A stretch of 64,000 bases of DNA, from positions 168,212-232,211 of the forward strand of contig JBAOHQ010000007.1 in assembly GCA_037045185.1 (NCBI GenBank), written 5' to 3'. This document shows, piece after piece, positions 62,307-64,000 of this stretch (within the stretch, counting starts at the first letter, position 1; each line of letters begins with the position of its first letter). The notes below the pieces were generated by a model, which did no database searches, was not told the origin of the DNA, and worked only from the letters and a program-made list of their open reading frames with translations. Both the position numbers and the translations under genes were made by a program. The stretch is from Ilumatobacteraceae bacterium (lineage in GTDB: Bacteria > Actinomycetota > Acidimicrobiia > Acidimicrobiales > Ilumatobacteraceae).

Positions 62307-64000
62307 TCAGCCGACGGCCTCCGCCACCAGCGGGTCGAGGTCGACGCCCTCGCCGTGGTGGATCAGCGTGGTGAGATCGTCCAGCATCGCCGGCTCCCAG
62401 AACCGGCGCAGGTGGGCGCCGACGGTATCCACCGCCAGCGAGTGCGGCAGGTGGTGGTGCTGGCGGGCGATCTGGTTGGCCATCCGCGTGAGCGAGCGCT
62501 GGTGTGGGGACCCGTGGGTCACCCCGTCGCGGCCGTCCTCGGCCACCGCGGCCGACGAACCGGGGGACACCTGCACCGCGGTCACCTTGTACTCGGGGCA
62601 ATTGGTGGCCCAGTCGCTGTGCTCGGTGGTGACCACGTTGGCGCCGCTGATCGGGTAGTGGAACGTCGTGTAGACCACGCCCTGGGGCATCCGCTCGCTG
62701 ATGGCGGCGCGCAGCATCGTCGCCCCCACCCGGCTGGTGACGGTGACCAGTTCGCCGTCGACGACGCCCCGCTCGGCGGCGTCGGCCGGGTGGATCTCGA
62801 GGATGTCCTCGGGGTGCCAGGTGGTGTTCGGCGTGCGCCGGGTCTGCGCGCCCACGTTGTACTGGCTGAGGATCCGCCCCGTGGTGAGCAACAGCGGGAA
62901 CCGCCGCGTTGCCCGCTCCTCGCTGGCCACGTACGGGGTCTCGACGAACCGCCCGAGGCCTCTGGCGAACGAGACCGTGTGCATGATCGGGCTGCCAGTG
63001 GGGAAGGTCTCGTTGCACGGCCACTGCACACTGCCCTCACGGTCGAGGCGCTCGAAGCTGACACCGGCGAAGGTGGGTGTCAGCGCGGCGATCTCGTCCA
63101 TGATCTCGGCCGCGGACTCGTACGACATCGGCGAACCCAGCGCGGTGGCCACGTCGCACACGACCTGCCACTCGTCCTTGCCGGGGACCGCGCTCATCAC
63201 CGGTCGGACGCGGTTGATGCGCCGCTCGGCGTTGGTGAACGTGCCGTCCTTCTCCAGGAACGAGGTCCCCGGCAGGAAGATGTGGGCATATCGCGCCGTC
63301 TCGTTGAGGAACAGATCCTGGACGATCAGCACGTCCAGCGAGCTGAGCGCGGCGACGACGTGCTGGGTGTTGGGGTCGCTCTGGGCGATGTCCTCGCCCT
63401 GGACGAACAGCCCCTTGAACCGGCCCTCGATGGCGAAGTCGAACATGTTCGGGATGCGCAGACCCGGCTCGGCTGGCAGGCTGACGCCCCAGGCAGCTTC
63501 GAACAGCGCGCGGGTGGCGGGATCGCTCACGTGGCGGTAGCCGCTGAACTCATGGGGGAACGAGCCCATGTCGCACGAGCCCTGCACGTTGTTCTGGCCG
63601 CGCAGCGGGTTGACGCCCACACCGTCACGGCCGATGTTGCCCGTGGCCATCGCCAGGTTGGCCATGCCGATGACCATCGTGGAGCCCTGGCTGTGTTCGG
63701 TGACACCCAGGCCGTAGTAGATCGCCGCGTTGCCGCCCGTGGCGTACAGCCGCGCCGCGGCGCGGACCTCGCCGGCCGGGACACCGCTGAACTGCTCGGT
63801 GGCTTCGGGGCTGTTCTCCGGCCTGGCGACGAAGTCGGCCCAGGCCTGGAACGTGTCGGCCTCGCAGCGGCGGTCGACGAACTCGTCGTTGACCAAGCCT
63901 TCCGTGACGATGACGTGGGCCAGGGCGTTGATCACGGCCACGTTGGTGCCCGGCGCCAACTGCAGGTGGTGGTCTGCTTCGACGCGTGTGCTGCGCACCA
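62307..64000 (-). CDS. Formate dehydrogenase alpha / molybdopterin oxidoreductase (5' end outside window) with a fused FdsD-like C-terminal tail
   Basis: MopB and molybdopterin-dinucleotide-binding blocks (YGLGVTEHSQGS, NCPEYKVTAVQV), followed by about 85 extra aa containing MANQIARQ...HLRRFWEPAML (delta-subunit signature). Confidence 0.8.
   Translation of the reverse strand, partial: VRSTRVEADHHLQLAPGTNVAVINALAHVIVTEGLVNDEFVDRRCEADTFQAWADFVARPENSPEATEQFSGVPAGEVRAAARLYATGGNAAIYYGLGVTEHSQGSTMVIGMANLAMATGNIGRDGVGVNPLRGQNNVQGSCDMGSFPHEFSGYRHVSDPATRALFEAAWGVSLPAEPGLRIPNMFDFAIEGRFKGLFVQGEDIAQSDPNTQHVVAALSSLDVLIVQDLFLNETARYAHIFLPGTSFLEKDGTFTNAERRINRVRPVMSAVPGKDEWQVVCDVATALGSPMSYESAAEIMDEIAALTPTFAGVSFERLDREGSVQWPCNETFPTGSPIMHTVSFARGLGRFVETPYVASEERATRRFPLLLTTGRILSQYNVGAQTRRTPNTTWHPEDILEIHPADAAERGVVDGELVTVTSRVGATMLRAAISERMPQGVVYTTFHYPISGANVVTTEHSDWATNCPEYKVTAVQVSPGSSAAVAEDGRDGVTHGSPHQRSLTRMANQIARQHHHLPHSLAVDTVGAHLRRFWEPAMLDDLTTLIHHGEGVDLDPLVAEAVG

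Noticed and set aside
1-64000. Prophage, IS element or genomic-island boundaries; tRNA and rRNA genes
   Set aside because: No integrase, transposase or recombinase-like ORF, no terminal inverted or direct repeats flanking a block, and no tRNA-like or rRNA-like sequence was seen. The only mobile-type features are the SufB intein and the decayed dcm-vsr remnant.

Overview
High-GC (about 70%) chromosomal segment that looks like Actinomycetota, based on F420-type LLM and Ddn-like enzymes, a SufB intein, and many GTGA/ATGA coupled genes. I count about 50 protein genes. I saw no rRNA, tRNA, CRISPR array, transposase or integrase.

Layout:
- 0.3-6.5 kb: carotenoid oxygenase, Kup, and an OYE/LLM/Ddn redox operon.
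- 6.5-22.9 kb: catabolic-looking block with four SDRs, a CoA-transferase, an aldehyde dehydrogenase, two amidohydrolases, an acyl-CoA synthetase and a carboxyltransferase. Two divergent promoters share an operator-like palindrome. A decayed dcm-vsr remnant is embedded in the block.
- 23-27.5 kb: a DUF4407-like membrane coiled-coil protein, divergent from a large ATPase-LuxR (LAL) regulator.
- 27.7-43.5 kb: the most interesting region. Five co-directional, translationally coupled genes for giant proteins of about 1202, 1118, 930, 1458 and 557 aa. Only the first has recognisable catalytic motifs (PhoD-like metallophosphoesterase). The second resembles DUF6603 from memory. The other three match no family I can name. 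The three central genes carry about 11 single-base frame disruptions as sequenced.
- 43.5-46.3 kb: an operon ending in a UGSC-family selenoprotein gene with an in-frame TGA and a SECIS-like hairpin, which the ORF track splits in two.
- 49.7-62.3 kb: a fragmented suf Fe-S locus. sufB carries a 292-aa intein. Four unrelated genes sit between sufB and sufD. There are two divergent sufC paralogs, one of them frame-broken. sufC-sufS-sufU lies on the opposite strand. A 20-nt motif recurs at all three suf junctions.
- 62.3-64 kb: 3' part of a formate-dehydrogenase alpha gene with a fused FdsD-like tail.

Several other genes also show single-base frame breaks, so assembly indels versus real pseudogenisation must be resolved from reads. 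All family assignments come from reading motifs by eye. No searches were run.
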